Shown here piece after piece: positions 31,094 through 43,066 of a stretch of 64,000 nucleotides of DNA. This DNA is from Planctomycetia bacterium (GTDB taxonomy: Bacteria > Planctomycetota > Planctomycetia > Pirellulales > JACPPG01), in NCBI GenBank assembly GCA_016191115.1, contig JACPPG010000038.1, positions 32,907-96,906 of the forward strand. The letters run 5' to 3'. Within the stretch, counting starts at the first letter, position 1. The number at the start of each line of letters is the position of its first letter. A program made the position numbers and the translations under genes. The notes beneath the pieces are model-generated. The model did not search any database. It saw only the letters and a list, made by a program, of their open reading frames with translations, and had not been told where the DNA came from.

Positions 31094-32011
31094 CTAGTCG
31101 ATGTATCGCTTTGTCAAATCGCCATAGGCGTCCACGCGCCGGTCGCGCAAGAAGGGCCAGTGCGTGCGGACGACGTCGACCTTCTCCAGGTTGCACTCCA
31201 CCACCAGCGTCTCTTCGGCATCGTGACTGGCGCGGGCCAGCACGTTCCCGTTGGGGTCGGCGACGAACGACGCCCCCCAGAACTCGAGCCCACCCTCGAC
31301 GCCCGTGCGGTTGGTAGCGGCGACAAAGACGCCGTTGGCGATGGCGTGGCTGCGCATCATGGTCTCCCAGGCCGCGTGTTGGCTTTCGCCGTACTCTTCT
31401 TTTTCGCTTGGGTGCCAGCCGATCGCCGTGGGATAGAAGATGATCTGCGCGCCGGCGAGCGCCGTGAGGCGCGCCGCCTCGGGATACCATTGGTCCCAGC
31501 AGACGCACGTTCCCAGGCGGCCGTAGCGCGTGGCGAAACTGGCGAAGCCCAAGTCGCCTGGGGTGAAATAGAACTTCTCGTAGTACAAGGGATCGTCGGG
31601 GATGTGCATCTTGCGGTACATGCCGGCGATGCGGCCGTCGGCGTCGAACAGCACGGCCGTGTTGTGGTACAAGCCCGCCGCGCGGCGCTCGAAGAACGAG
31701 CCCACCACGGCCACCTGGTGCCGCCGCGCGGCCGCGGCCACGCGGTCGCTGGTGGGACCGGGAATCGGCTCGGCCTCGCCGAACCGGGCGTGGTCCTCGT
31801 TCTGGCACGGGTAGAAGCCGGCAAACAGCTCCTGCAAACAAACGATCTGCGCGCCGGCGCTCGCCGCCTCGGCGATCCGCGACTCGGCCTTGGCGACGTT
31901 TTGTTCCTTCGACGCGACGCAGCTCATCTGCACAAGCGCGACCGAGACGATCGAAGGCGCGACGGGCGGCGCGGCGGCGCCGGCGGCGGGTTTTGAGGGG
32001 ATGTGACTCAT
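31094..32011 (-). CDS. aguB: N-carbamoylputrescine amidase (carbon-nitrogen hydrolase)
   Basis: VALVQMSC ... CLQELF (Glu), YRKMHIPD (Lys), CWDQWYPEAAR (Cys). Length 305 aa. Confidence 0.85.
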   Translation of the reverse strand: MSHIPSKPAAGAAAPPVAPSIVSVALVQMSCVASKEQNVAKAESRIAEAASAGAQIVCLQELFAGFYPCQNEDHARFGEAEPIPGPTSDRVAAAARRHQVAVVGSFFERRAAGLYHNTAVLFDADGRIAGMYRKMHIPDDPLYYEKFYFTPGDLGFASFATRYGRLGTCVCWDQWYPEAARLTALAGAQIIFYPTAIGWHPSEKEEYGESQHAAWETMMRSHAIANGVFVAATNRTGVEGGLEFWGASFVADPNGNVLARASHDAEETLVVECNLEKVDVVRTHWPFLRDRRVDAYGDLTKRYID

Positions 32012-32035
32012 TGTTTCGGCGATGGTACCCTATTT

Positions 32036-32151
32036 CAGTGGTCGGTGGACAGTGGTCAGTGGTCAGTCGTAGGGTGCTCTGCGAGCACCATGCGGCGGCG
32101 GTGTCCACAGGACACCCTACTGTCCACTGACCACTGACCACTGTCCACTAC
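32036..32151. repeat. CAGTGGTCAG word palindrome in a divergent promoter spacer
   Basis: cagtggtcggtggacagtggtcagtggtcagtcgtagggtg pairs with caccctactgtccactgaccactgaccactgtccactac. Fills almost the whole aguB-bioD spacer. Confidence 0.85.
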
Positions 32152-32153
32152 TC

Positions 32154-32831
32154 ATGCCTGGACTATTCATCACCGGCACCGACACGGGCGTGGGCAAGAC
32201 CTACGTCGCCGCTCGGATCGCGCAGACGCTTCTCGCGGCGGGGCACCGCGTGGGCGTGTACAAGCCGGCCGCCAGCGGGTGCCACTCAGTCGAGGGCGAA
32301 GCGGTGTGCGACGACGCGCTTGTGCTGTGGAACGCAGCCGGCCGACCGGGCGAGCTTGGGCAGGTTTGCCCACAACGCTTCGCCGCGCCCTTGGCGCCGC
32401 ATCTGGCGGCGCGGGCCGAGGGGCTGGAGCTCTCGGAAGAGCTGTTGCGAACCGGGCTCGACTACTGGCGCACGACGAGCGACGTCGTCGTAGTCGAGGG
32501 GGCCGGCGGGCTGCTCTCGCCCCTTTCGGACGACGAATACGTGGCCGACCTGGCCGCGGACTTCGGCTATCCGCTCGTTGTCATTTCCGACAATTCGATC
32601 GGCACGATCCACCGCACGCTCGCGACGCTGGTGGTCGCCGCGACGTTCCGCGACGGCCTGTCCGTGGCCGGGGTGATCCTCAATCAGCCGCGACCCGATC
32701 GAGCGGACGCGAGCGTGGACTCAAACCTGAGCGAGCTGCGGGCGCGCTCCGTGCCGCCGGTGCTCGGCCAGGTGACGTGGCAAGGAGAGCTGCCGCCAGG
32801 CATCGACTGGTTCGCGCTGGCGGCAGGCTGA
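32154..32831 (+). CDS. bioD: dethiobiotin synthase
   Basis: MPGLFITGTDTGVGKTYVAARIA P-loop. EGAGGLLSPL motif. Confidence 0.9.
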   Translation: MPGLFITGTDTGVGKTYVAARIAQTLLAAGHRVGVYKPAASGCHSVEGEAVCDDALVLWNAAGRPGELGQVCPQRFAAPLAPHLAARAEGLELSEELLRTGLDYWRTTSDVVVVEGAGGLLSPLSDDEYVADLAADFGYPLVVISDNSIGTIHRTLATLVVAATFRDGLSVAGVILNQPRPDRADASVDSNLSELRARSVPPVLGQVTWQGELPPGIDWFALAAG

Positions 32832-32920
32832 GTTCTGGCTACAGGCGACAGACCACAAGCTAGAGACCAGGCGTTCCCTTCCTACCTGTAGCCTGTCGCC
32901 TATTCGCCTCTCGCCTATTC

Positions 32921-35095
32921 TCACGTCGCCACGGCCGCCACCTCGCGGCGCTCATGACGTTGCTCGGCCATGCTGGTGTCGATCGATAGCACCATCGTCA
33001 CGCTCCACCGGCCGCTTGCATCCGGCTCGACGATCCAATGCGGTTGCACTGCCACCGCCTGGTGTACCAACTCAAAGCCGCCTTCGGATTGGCTGACCGT
33101 CTCGACCGGGTAGGTCCAAATGCCGCCGGGGCGCGAGGTCTTCAGGCCGACGTCGATGCCCAGGTACTCGTCGACCATGTTGATCGACTGCACGTCGTGC
33201 AGGTCGAGTGGCTGGCCCAGGTGCCCCAGGTGCTGGCCGTCGCCGTCGTGAAAGTAGCGGTCATCGAGCCCGGCGGGCAGCCCGGCGAAATTGAATTCGA
33301 CGGAGAAGTGGAACGATTGTCCCTGGGCGATCCCCTCGATCATGTAGGCGATCTCCAGGTTCGCGCTGCCGGCTTCCAGCGTGACCCCTTTGGTGATCTT
33401 GAGCGGCTGCCCCCAGGCGTTGCCTTGCCGGGCGAGCCGCAACTGGATGCGGTTGGGATTGCGCAAGAGCCGCGCCTCGTAGGTGCCGGTGGCGAAGTCG
33501 CCGCGTTCCTGCGCCTGCCCGCCCGCCACGGCGGCCAGCGTCACGTCGTTGTCGTAAAAGTGGTCGATCAGGCTCTTGCGCGGCAGGGCGTCGTACTGCA
33601 ATCGCTCGTTCAAGTCGGGCTGCTTGAAAACGACGCGCTCGTGGATGCTGCTGACGCCGTCGCCCGCGCCGCTGGCGCCGGCCAGGACCTTGCGGTGGTA
33701 GGCTTCGGGCTGGCGGGCGAGCGTGGCCAGCAGGTTCAAGCAGATCGAGCGCACGTCGAGCTCGTAGATCAGGCCGCCGCGCCACGGCCGCACCAGCGCC
33801 GCCAGCCGGTCGTTGGCCAGATAAACTTCCTGCCGGGCATCGAGGTTGAAGTCGCCGGCCACGGCCTCGATCCAAGGTCCAGTGCGTCCCGCCGCGCGCA
33901 CGAGCAGATTATCGGCGGCGATCAGCGAGCGATAGACCGCGTTGCGCAGGTGCGGCAGGTAGATGCCGCCGAACGCGCCGTGCCAGTAGCTGCAGTTGCA
34001 CTGACCGCGATAGAGCTCGATGCGGGCTGCCTCGACCAGTGACTGGTCGTGCTGCCGATTCGCCAAAGCCTCGGCCACGCGCCCGCTGACCATGAGCATC
34101 CGCGTGTACATCTCGTCGGCTTCAGGGTACTTCACCTTGAAGTTGCGCCAGAAGCCGCCACGCACGAACTGCGTCAACCGCGCGATGCGCGGGTCGTGCT
34201 CCATCTCATGCCGCAGCCGCTCGTACTCCAAAAGCTGCACGGTCGGCAGAGCCCACTCGGTCATTTCCCGGTAGCTACTGTCGGGCAGATAGATCTTGCC
34301 ATTAGGCGGCACGTTGTCCACGGCTTCGGCCAGCGTGGTGGTCTTGATCCAGCTTTCGTTGGTGGCCAAGGCGTCGAAGAACCGCGCCAGCCAGCCGTTG
34401 TCGTACACGTGGCGCTTGGTTTCCGGCCAGGTGCCGAACTTCTCGCCGTCGTCGCCGAAGACGATGATCGCCTCGGGCCGCCGCTCGGCAATCCCGCGCA
34501 GATAGTCGATCGTCGCCTCGGGCTCGGCGAAGGGAATGGTGTAGCGCAGCCGCTCGCTGCCTGGGAACACGGCCACGATCTGTCCGTCGTTCTCGCTGAT
34601 GAAATAGCCATCGAGCTGCTCGGTCGACAGTCCGGCGTTGCGGAAGTGGAAGTCGTCGAGCACGGTGTACTGGATGCCGGCCGCCACGAGATCGCTGACC
34701 AGGTTCGGCTCCCAGACGCGCTCCGGGATCCACATGCCGCGGACCTTGGCCCCCAATCGGGCTTCGAGCCATTGGGTGTACAGGCGGATCTGGCCGATGC
34801 GATCGCGCGGCGGCACCATCGACAGGATCGGCTCGTAGAAGGCGCCGCCGATGATCTCGACGCGCCCCTCGGCCACGAGCTTGGCGAGCGCATCGAGGTA
34901 TTCCGGATGCCGCGCGGCGAGCCATTCGGCGAGCGACCCGCTCGTGTGCAGGCAGATCTTCAGCGACGGATAACGGCGAAAGATCTCGAGAAACGGCCGG
35001 TAGCTGTCCTCGTAGGCTTGCTCGAAGACGCCGTCGAAGTTGCCAATCGGCTGATGGTTGTGCAGGACCAGTGCCAGTCGAATCGTATGCGGCAT
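32921..35095 (-). CDS. glycoside hydrolase family 57 protein with DUF1925/DUF1926-type C-terminal regions (alpha-amylase/4-alpha-glucanotransferase-like)
   Basis: LALVLHNHQPIGNF GH57 N-terminal signature. 724 aa. Confidence 0.88.
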   Translation of the reverse strand: MPHTIRLALVLHNHQPIGNFDGVFEQAYEDSYRPFLEIFRRYPSLKICLHTSGSLAEWLAARHPEYLDALAKLVAEGRVEIIGGAFYEPILSMVPPRDRIGQIRLYTQWLEARLGAKVRGMWIPERVWEPNLVSDLVAAGIQYTVLDDFHFRNAGLSTEQLDGYFISENDGQIVAVFPGSERLRYTIPFAEPEATIDYLRGIAERRPEAIIVFGDDGEKFGTWPETKRHVYDNGWLARFFDALATNESWIKTTTLAEAVDNVPPNGKIYLPDSSYREMTEWALPTVQLLEYERLRHEMEHDPRIARLTQFVRGGFWRNFKVKYPEADEMYTRMLMVSGRVAEALANRQHDQSLVEAARIELYRGQCNCSYWHGAFGGIYLPHLRNAVYRSLIAADNLLVRAAGRTGPWIEAVAGDFNLDARQEVYLANDRLAALVRPWRGGLIYELDVRSICLNLLATLARQPEAYHRKVLAGASGAGDGVSSIHERVVFKQPDLNERLQYDALPRKSLIDHFYDNDVTLAAVAGGQAQERGDFATGTYEARLLRNPNRIQLRLARQGNAWGQPLKITKGVTLEAGSANLEIAYMIEGIAQGQSFHFSVEFNFAGLPAGLDDRYFHDGDGQHLGHLGQPLDLHDVQSINMVDEYLGIDVGLKTSRPGGIWTYPVETVSQSEGGFELVHQAVAVQPHWIVEPDASGRWSVTMVLSIDTSMAEQRHERREVAAVAT

Positions 35096-35181
35096 AGGGG
35101 ACGCTGGGGACCGGAGTCAAGAATCCATTTTCGATTAGCCAGCGCCACGCGTGGACCGCGCGGCGGCGGCGGTGCGTGGCC

Positions 35182-36222
35182 TTACCTATTCTCCTTAACC
35201 GGCAGGGTCCGTGGCTCGTGCAAGTCCGCGTCCACCTCGCGCAGGAAGCCGGCGGCCTCCTCCGGAGGGACCGGGTTGATGTAGAAGCCGGATCCCCACT
35301 CGAAGCCCGCCGTCTTCGTCAGCCGAGGAATGATCTCAATGTGCCAGTGATAGTGCGCGAGTTCCTGCGTGTCAAAGGGTCCTGTGTGCACAATGTAGTT
35401 GTAGGCCGGTCGATCGAGCGCCGCCTCGATCTTGCCCATCACCTGCCGCACGATCCGGGCCAGGTCCTCGACGGCGTTCTTCTGGATGTTCTCGTAGTGG
35501 CTGGAATGGGTCTTGGGGAGGATCCACGTCTCGAAGGGAAAACGGCTGGCGAACGGGCAGAAGGCGACGAACCCCGGCGTATCCACGGCGATGCGCTTCT
35601 CGGTGGCCAGTTCCTGCTGGATCATGTCGCAGAACACGCACCGCCCCCGGTATTTGTAGAACTCCAGGCTACCGGTCATTTCCTCGCGGACGTTGATCGG
35701 CACGATCGGCGTGACGATCAATTGGCTGTGCGTGTGCTCGAGGCTGGCGCCCGCCGCCGCGCCCACGTTCTTGAATATCATCCCGTAAAGCAGCCGGCGA
35801 TCCTTCTTCAAATCGACCAGCCGGTCGCGATAGACCCACAGCACCTCGCGCATGTTGTCTTCCGACAGATCGGCCGTGCTCATCAAGTGCTGCGGCGACT
35901 CGACGATCACCTCGTGAGCGCCGACGCCGCGCATCATGTCGTAGATACCCTCGCCGCGCTTGTTGAGGTCCCCCTCGATCTCCAGGGCCGGGAACTTGTT
36001 AGGCACGACGCGGACGCGCCAGCCGGGCTGATTCGGCAGCGTGCCCGCCTTGCGATAGGCCAGGACCTCGCCGGGGGTCTTGTCCTCGTTGTGCTCGCAG
36101 AAGGGGCAGAACCTGCCGGTGTTCAGTTGGGGCGTGCTCTCGAAATCGTGCGGCCGCTGGGCACGACTCTTGGCCACGATCACCCAGCGGCCAACGATAG
36201 GGTCTTTGCGAAGATCAGGCAT
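35182..36222 (-). CDS. galT: galactose-1-phosphate uridylyltransferase family (GalT-like HIT) protein
   Basis: CPFCEHNE zinc motif and HTHSQLI (HxHxQ) active site. 346 aa. The substrate is not determinable from sequence. Confidence 0.8.
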   Translation of the reverse strand: MPDLRKDPIVGRWVIVAKSRAQRPHDFESTPQLNTGRFCPFCEHNEDKTPGEVLAYRKAGTLPNQPGWRVRVVPNKFPALEIEGDLNKRGEGIYDMMRGVGAHEVIVESPQHLMSTADLSEDNMREVLWVYRDRLVDLKKDRRLLYGMIFKNVGAAAGASLEHTHSQLIVTPIVPINVREEMTGSLEFYKYRGRCVFCDMIQQELATEKRIAVDTPGFVAFCPFASRFPFETWILPKTHSSHYENIQKNAVEDLARIVRQVMGKIEAALDRPAYNYIVHTGPFDTQELAHYHWHIEIIPRLTKTAGFEWGSGFYINPVPPEEAAGFLREVDADLHEPRTLPVKENR

Positions 36223-36264
36223 ACGGGAAGGCTTGAGGCTTGAGACTTAAGGCTTGAAGGAAAT

Positions 36265-36349
36265 GGTGAATGATGAATCATGAATCACAAGAAGTGGCAC
36301 GCGCGCGGCGCTAGCCCATTCATCATGCATCATTCCGCATTCATCATTC
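36265..36349. repeat. GAATGATGAA word palindrome between co-directional GH57 and galT
   Basis: ggtgaatgatgaatcatgaatcac ... cccattcatcatgcatcattccgcattcatcattc. Same word family as 41538..41617. Confidence 0.8.
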
Positions 36350-36363
36350 TGTTCCATAATTCT

Positions 36364-38562
36364 TCACGCTTGCCACATGATCAGTTCGTAGTCCGGTGAC
36401 GGGACGGAGGTCTCGATCGCCCCTTCGTACGGCAGGCGTTCGATCGATTGGTCTTGCGCGACTAGTTCCACGATGAAGTGCAGTGGCGCATCGACCGACA
36501 CGCCCAGGCTGCGAAAGGGAATCGCCACCTCTAGAATCGTGTCGGCAGCCGCCTGCAAACCGGAATTCGTGACCGGCACGTCGTGCCGATACAGTTGCAG
36601 GATCGGCTCCTGCCAGCCTGGGTGCGCCGCTAAGAGCTCGAATCCCTCGGGCGCGAGAAACGTGATCCGCAGGGCATCGACGCCGGCTAGCCGCTCGCGG
36701 GCCGTGCCCCCGCGGGCATCGAACCGCAGGTACAGCCGCTGTTCGTCGAAGCCGAAGTACATGTCCGAGATCCGCCCGTCGGCCACCATGCTCATGGTGC
36801 CGCGCGCCCCCGTGGCAACGTAGTGTCCAGCGTTGAGCCACTCGAAATATGTGCGGCGGCCGTCGACCCGCACGTTCAATAGCGACGTGGGCTCTTCGTA
36901 CATCTGCGGATGATGGTGCGCCTGGCTGATCGGCCGCGCCAGCTCCGCGGGCGCCGAATCGTCGAGGGCCGCGTAGACGTTTTGCAGGTGGCGGCGGAAC
37001 AGCCGATCGAAGAGCGCATCCTGGGCGCTCGCATGATCGTCGCCGAACCACCAGAACCAGTCGCTACCCTCGGCGATGTACAGCTCCTCCCAGGCCCGCT
37101 TGATTTGCTCCGGCGTTTTCTCGCCGCTCGCCGCCTGCCGCACCAGGTGCGCGCGCGTTTCGTGCAGCATGTCCCACGCGCGATTGCATTCCGGGTGGCC
37201 GATCCAGATGCCGAAATTGTGCTGAATCCAACTGCCGGCGAACAACTGGCCGATCTTGTCCGTGGCCGGGTACGCGTCCAGGTAGTCGCAAACGCGAACG
37301 GGCGTCACCTGCGGATGGTCCGCCGCCCGGCGATACAGCGCGCGCAGGAAGTCGACGCCGCTATGGGGGTAGTACTCCCAGCAGTTCTCGCCGTCCAGCA
37401 CGATGCTCACCAAGGTCGGGCGATGTTCGGCGTTAGCGGTCGTGGCCCGACCGATGGCCTCGATCTTGCCCAGGAAGTCGTCCACGGCCTGCTCGGCCAG
37501 GTAGCGCTGATAGTGGAAGCCGATCTGATCGCTCATGGCGTGGTCGCGGAAGATGATCTGCAGGCTCTGTCCCTTGTCTTCCACGCGCCATGGCCGATAG
37601 AGCATTTCCGGATGGCGGAGATAGCCGTGGCTGTCGCGCGATACCCAACCGTCGGTCGACGACGAAAGGATTTCCTCGTCCGTGGCCATCCACTGAATGC
37701 CCGCCTTGGCGACCGCCGCCACCATGGCCTGACAGACCGATCCCTCCGAGGGCCACATGCCGCGCGGCTTCTCGCCAAACAGCCGCGTGTGATACTCCAC
37801 GGCCCGGCGAATTTGCGCCTCGGCATCCTCCCGGTAGCCGTCCAGGTGTTGAGGCAAGTGCACCTCGGGCATCGCCTGACGCGCCAGGCGTTTGTCGTAC
37901 AAGAGCGGTAGGATCGGATGGTAAAACGGCGTCGTCGTCAGCTCGATTTGACCCGAGGCGGCCAGTTCACGATGCAGCGGCACGACCTCCGCCAGCAACT
38001 TCATTTGTCGCGCAAGCAACCACTGTTTCTCATCCTCGGTCCAGTGCTTGCCCTTTTTTCGGAACTCGGCCAGGTCTTTGTCGCGCTCGAACGCCAGCGG
38101 ATGAATCCACGACAGGTTGGACCAGCATTGCAGGTCCAGAATGTCGCGTTTCGTGAAGCGCTTGGCGGCCCGCGCCGCCGAGTCGATCGACAGGCCCCGC
38201 TTCTGATACAGCTCCAGATAGCGGTGATAGGGGCGAATCATATGGTCCGGATGGACCATGAAGAAGTTGTCAAGCAGATACGTCATGTCGGCCTCCGAGA
38301 GGCCGTCGGCCGGCAACCGCGACACGCGCAGGTGGTCGTCCACCGCGCCGCGTTCGGTGTACGCCGTCAACTGCACGAGCAGACTGGGAACCAGGTTGAT
38401 CGTGGCCGAGAACTCGGGCACCTCCTTGAGCAGCATGGCCATGCCCCAGTAGTCCTTGGTGCCGTGCAAGCGGACCCAGGGCATCGGATTCTCGCCGCTC
38501 GCGTCATCGGGGTAATACGGCTGATGCTGGTGCCAGAATAGGGCGAGGGCAATGTCGTGCAT
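36364..38562 (-). CDS. glycoside hydrolase family 57 protein
   Basis: LALFWHQHQPYY ... VRLHGTKDYWGMA GH57 signature. 732 aa. Confidence 0.88.
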   Translation of the reverse strand: MHDIALALFWHQHQPYYPDDASGENPMPWVRLHGTKDYWGMAMLLKEVPEFSATINLVPSLLVQLTAYTERGAVDDHLRVSRLPADGLSEADMTYLLDNFFMVHPDHMIRPYHRYLELYQKRGLSIDSAARAAKRFTKRDILDLQCWSNLSWIHPLAFERDKDLAEFRKKGKHWTEDEKQWLLARQMKLLAEVVPLHRELAASGQIELTTTPFYHPILPLLYDKRLARQAMPEVHLPQHLDGYREDAEAQIRRAVEYHTRLFGEKPRGMWPSEGSVCQAMVAAVAKAGIQWMATDEEILSSSTDGWVSRDSHGYLRHPEMLYRPWRVEDKGQSLQIIFRDHAMSDQIGFHYQRYLAEQAVDDFLGKIEAIGRATTANAEHRPTLVSIVLDGENCWEYYPHSGVDFLRALYRRAADHPQVTPVRVCDYLDAYPATDKIGQLFAGSWIQHNFGIWIGHPECNRAWDMLHETRAHLVRQAASGEKTPEQIKRAWEELYIAEGSDWFWWFGDDHASAQDALFDRLFRRHLQNVYAALDDSAPAELARPISQAHHHPQMYEEPTSLLNVRVDGRRTYFEWLNAGHYVATGARGTMSMVADGRISDMYFGFDEQRLYLRFDARGGTARERLAGVDALRITFLAPEGFELLAAHPGWQEPILQLYRHDVPVTNSGLQAAADTILEVAIPFRSLGVSVDAPLHFIVELVAQDQSIERLPYEGAIETSVPSPDYELIMWQA

Positions 38563-38610
38563 CGGCGATCCTTCAGGCCGCGTCTAGCGCAATCGCGCAC
38601 AAATCGGTGC

Positions 38611-40098
38611 TCAGGCGCAGGTTGTCTGCGGCAGCCGGGCGCTCAGGCGGCGGTACAGGTTGACGTATTGCTCGGCGCTCCGCTTCCACGACCAGTCCTG
38701 TTGCATGCCGGCCGCCACCAGCCGGGACCACACCTCCGGCTGCCGGTACATGGCGATCGCCCGCCGCAGCGCCTCGGCCAGGGCGAGCGTGCTGTATTCG
38801 CGAAAGCTGAATCCGTTGGCGGCGCCTGCCGCGATCGCCTCGGGAGTGGCATCGGTGATGGTGTCAGCCAATCCGCCGGTGGCGCGGACGACCGGAACCG
38901 TTCCGTATTTCAAGCTGTAAAGCTGGCTCAGGCCGCAGGGCTCGAACTGGCTGGGCATCAGGAAGACGTCGGCCCCCGCCTCGATCCGGTGCGCAACGGC
39001 CTCGGAAAAATCCAGCTTCACCGCGACCTTCTGCGGGTGGCGCCCGGCGAGCGTCGACAGTTGTTGCTCGTACTTCGGGTCGCCCGTGCCCAGGATGGCC
39101 CACTGCACGTCGGCCGTTTGGGCCCATTCCTGCAGCACGCCGGCCACGAGATCGACGCCCTTCTGGTCCGTCAGTCGGCCGGTCATACCCACCAGAGGCA
39201 TGTTCGGCGCCTGCACGAGTCCTAGTTCCGCCTGCACGGCCGCCTTGCACGCCGCCTTGCCCTCGACCACATTCGACAGTTCGTACTTCACCGGCAGATG
39301 CGGATCGGTCGCCGGATTCCACGTCCCATAGTCGACGCCGTTGAGGATACCCGACAGCACGTCGCGCCGCTGCAGAAGCACGCCCTCGAGCCCCGACCCC
39401 AAAGGCGCGGCTTGAATCTCTTCCGCGTACCGCGGGCTGACGGTGTTGATGGCGTCGGCAAACACTAGCCCCGTCTTCATCAGATTCAGCTTGCCGAAGA
39501 ACTCCATCTGGTGCCAGTTGAAATACTTCCAGTCGAGTCCCGTGAGCAGCATATCCCAGTGCCAGAACTGACCCTGGAACGCCAGATTGTGGATCGTGAA
39601 CAACGACGCGATCCGCTCGTAACCGGGCACGCCGCGATATTCGATGTGCAAGTACGCCGGCAGCAGGCCCGTCTGCCAATCGTGGGCGTGGAGCACGTCG
39701 ACGCGCAGGTCCAGCAGGCGGATCGCCTCCATCACGGCGCGGCAGAAGAACACGAAGCGTTCGCAATTGTCGATGTAGTCGCGTCCGCCTTCGCCGTACA
39801 GCCCCTCGCGGTCGAAGTAGTCCGATTGCTCCACCAGATACACCGGCACCGCCGTGCCCGGAAACGCGCTGCGGAGCAAGCCACCTTCGACCTCCTTGGT
39901 GCCGATGGGGACGTGGAAGCGGACCGGGGTGCGTTCGATCGGCAGGCCGCTGGCCAAGGCCCGCCGGTAGGCCGGCATGAAGACGATCGGGGCATGCCCC
40001 AGCCGGGCCAATTCCACGGGGAGGGCGCCCACCACGTCGGCGAGACCTCCCGTCTTGGCAAACGGGACGACCTCGCTGGCTGCCAGGAGAATGTTCAT
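38611..40098 (-). CDS. glgA: glycogen synthase (GT5)
   Basis: ATG 40098. MNILLAASEVVPFAKTGGLADVVGALP is the canonical GlgA N-terminus (KTGGL). Confidence 0.92.
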   Translation of the reverse strand: MNILLAASEVVPFAKTGGLADVVGALPVELARLGHAPIVFMPAYRRALASGLPIERTPVRFHVPIGTKEVEGGLLRSAFPGTAVPVYLVEQSDYFDREGLYGEGGRDYIDNCERFVFFCRAVMEAIRLLDLRVDVLHAHDWQTGLLPAYLHIEYRGVPGYERIASLFTIHNLAFQGQFWHWDMLLTGLDWKYFNWHQMEFFGKLNLMKTGLVFADAINTVSPRYAEEIQAAPLGSGLEGVLLQRRDVLSGILNGVDYGTWNPATDPHLPVKYELSNVVEGKAACKAAVQAELGLVQAPNMPLVGMTGRLTDQKGVDLVAGVLQEWAQTADVQWAILGTGDPKYEQQLSTLAGRHPQKVAVKLDFSEAVAHRIEAGADVFLMPSQFEPCGLSQLYSLKYGTVPVVRATGGLADTITDATPEAIAAGAANGFSFREYSTLALAEALRRAIAMYRQPEVWSRLVAAGMQQDWSWKRSAEQYVNLYRRLSARLPQTTCA

Positions 40099-40464
40099 CC
40101 GGGATGCTCCCATCCACTCGGCTGCCAAACGATGAGCAAATAGCTTGCCGGAAGTCCTTTGCCGGGCGTCCTTTGATGCCGTCCGTAACGTCGCCGCCAA
40201 GCCGGGGAAATCATAGCAGAACGCGTCGCAAAAGCCAATGACTTCGGGAGTTAAGGCACGGCCCCCGCAATCTCTCCCCCGCTTGTCTCAATTGCCTTGT
40301 TGATACGATCGGACAAGCCACGGCGGAAGTGAACTTTTACGCGCCCTTGCAGCACGAACAATCGTGGATTCCGCGTCAAGAGTGCCGGTTGTCCTGATTC
40401 GTACGACACTTCATCCGGCTTCGACTACATTGAAGATTCAGGCCATCCGCGGCGGCGTGTCGCG

Positions 40465-41058
40465 GTGCACGATCGGCGGCTTTTAGGCTTGCACACGGTG
40501 GCTGTGATCGACGTCCAACAGGCCGGCCGGGACTACATGGCGCGGATCTACCGTGCTGCGCTCGTGTTGACGGGCGACCCTTGGGAGGCCGACGACCTGA
40601 CGCAAGAAGTGTTCCTGGTTCTGGCCGAGCGCGGCGACAGCTTCCAGGGACGCAGCCAGGTGTACACATGGTTGTACGGCGTCCTTTTGAATTTGGAGCG
40701 GACGCGCCGTCGGCGCAACGACGTCAGAAGGCGCGGGCTGCGCGTGTTATGGGCCCAGGATGCCCAGGCACGTCGCACCGTGCCCGCCGCGGAAGCACCG
40801 CTCGAAGCCGCGGAATGGAAACGGAGCCTGTGGGCCGGAGTAGCACGGCTTTCGGACGGACAGCGGCAGACGCTCGTCCTGCGTTTCAGCGAGCACTTGA
40901 GCTACGAAGAGATCGCCGCGGTGATGAACTGCCCGTTGGGGACCGTGAAGTCGCGGATCTTTAACGGCCTGGCCGCGTTGAAAAACGAGTTTGGCGCCGA
41001 CGAATCGGCAGCCGCGACATTGCCGGTCAATCCCCGGCCGTTAACCGACGCCGTTTGA
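40465..41058 (+). CDS. ECF-type RNA polymerase sigma-70 family factor
   Basis: Region 2 ADDLTQEVFLVL. Region 4 LSYEEIAAVMNCPLGTVKSRIFNGLAALK. GTG start, uncertain. Confidence 0.85.
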   Translation: MHDRRLLGLHTVAVIDVQQAGRDYMARIYRAALVLTGDPWEADDLTQEVFLVLAERGDSFQGRSQVYTWLYGVLLNLERTRRRRNDVRRRGLRVLWAQDAQARRTVPAAEAPLEAAEWKRSLWAGVARLSDGQRQTLVLRFSEHLSYEEIAAVMNCPLGTVKSRIFNGLAALKNEFGADESAAATLPVNPRPLTDAV

Positions 41059-41059
41059 A

Positions 41060-41515
41060 GTGGATCCGATGAGACCCTTTGACCTTCGCGAAGACGACCT
41101 GCCCGAACCGTTCGCTTTGCTGGCCCAGCAGTTGAGCGGCGACGCCGCGCGGCTAGCGGAGCTATATCCACCGGGCATCCGCGACACGGGCGCGCGTCCG
41201 TCGGCGGTCGCGCAAGCCAGCCGGGCGTTGCCGCGTCGTTGGCCGCGTCGACTGGCGTGGGTCTCGGCCGCGGCGATCTTGCTGGTCGCCTCACTGGAGG
41301 TTGTGGAACGAGTCCGCAACGTCCCTGAGCCTGTCTGGACGCCAGCGGTGGCCGAGCGAGACGTCGCCGGAACCAGCCGCATGGTTGTTGTGCCGGTGGA
41401 CGCCGCGTTATGGATCGACGAAAGCGGCTTCGACAGCTTGAGCCGGCCAGCCCAGGAGGCCATCCTCGACCTCTTCGAGGACGATGTCTTGGCCCAGGAT
41501 AGCCTGTCGATCTGA
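41060..41515 (+). CDS. hypothetical single-pass membrane protein, candidate anti-sigma factor
   Basis: Starts 2 nt after the sigma stop (GTG 41060 or ATG 41069). One TM (LAWVSAAAILLVASL). The call is positional only. Confidence 0.45.
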   Translation: MDPMRPFDLREDDLPEPFALLAQQLSGDAARLAELYPPGIRDTGARPSAVAQASRALPRRWPRRLAWVSAAAILLVASLEVVERVRNVPEPVWTPAVAERDVAGTSRMVVVPVDAALWIDESGFDSLSRPAQEAILDLFEDDVLAQDSLSI

Positions 41516-41537
41516 AATGAAGGCAAACGCAAAGACC

Positions 41538-42980
<1,443 letters not shown>

Positions 42981-43041
42981 CTCAGTCGCCGCCGGCTGAG
43001 CCGGGGAGCATATTCGCCACCGAGGGCTCCGAGTTCTTGCC

Positions 43042-43066
43042 GATCTGAGATTTGAGATTTCAGATC
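43042..43066 (+). terminator. short AT-rich hairpin after the protease gene
   Basis: gatctgagat-ttgag-atttcagatc (10-bp stem, 1 mismatch). The same GAGATTTCAGAT word as at 155-184. Confidence 0.35.

Noticed and set aside
32837-32893. Possible hairpin GGCTACAGG ... CCTGTAGCC with CGACAG/TGTCGCC words after bioD.
   Set aside because: Only a 9-bp stem pairs. The flanking words are in direct rather than inverted order, so a long palindrome like those in the other spacers cannot form.
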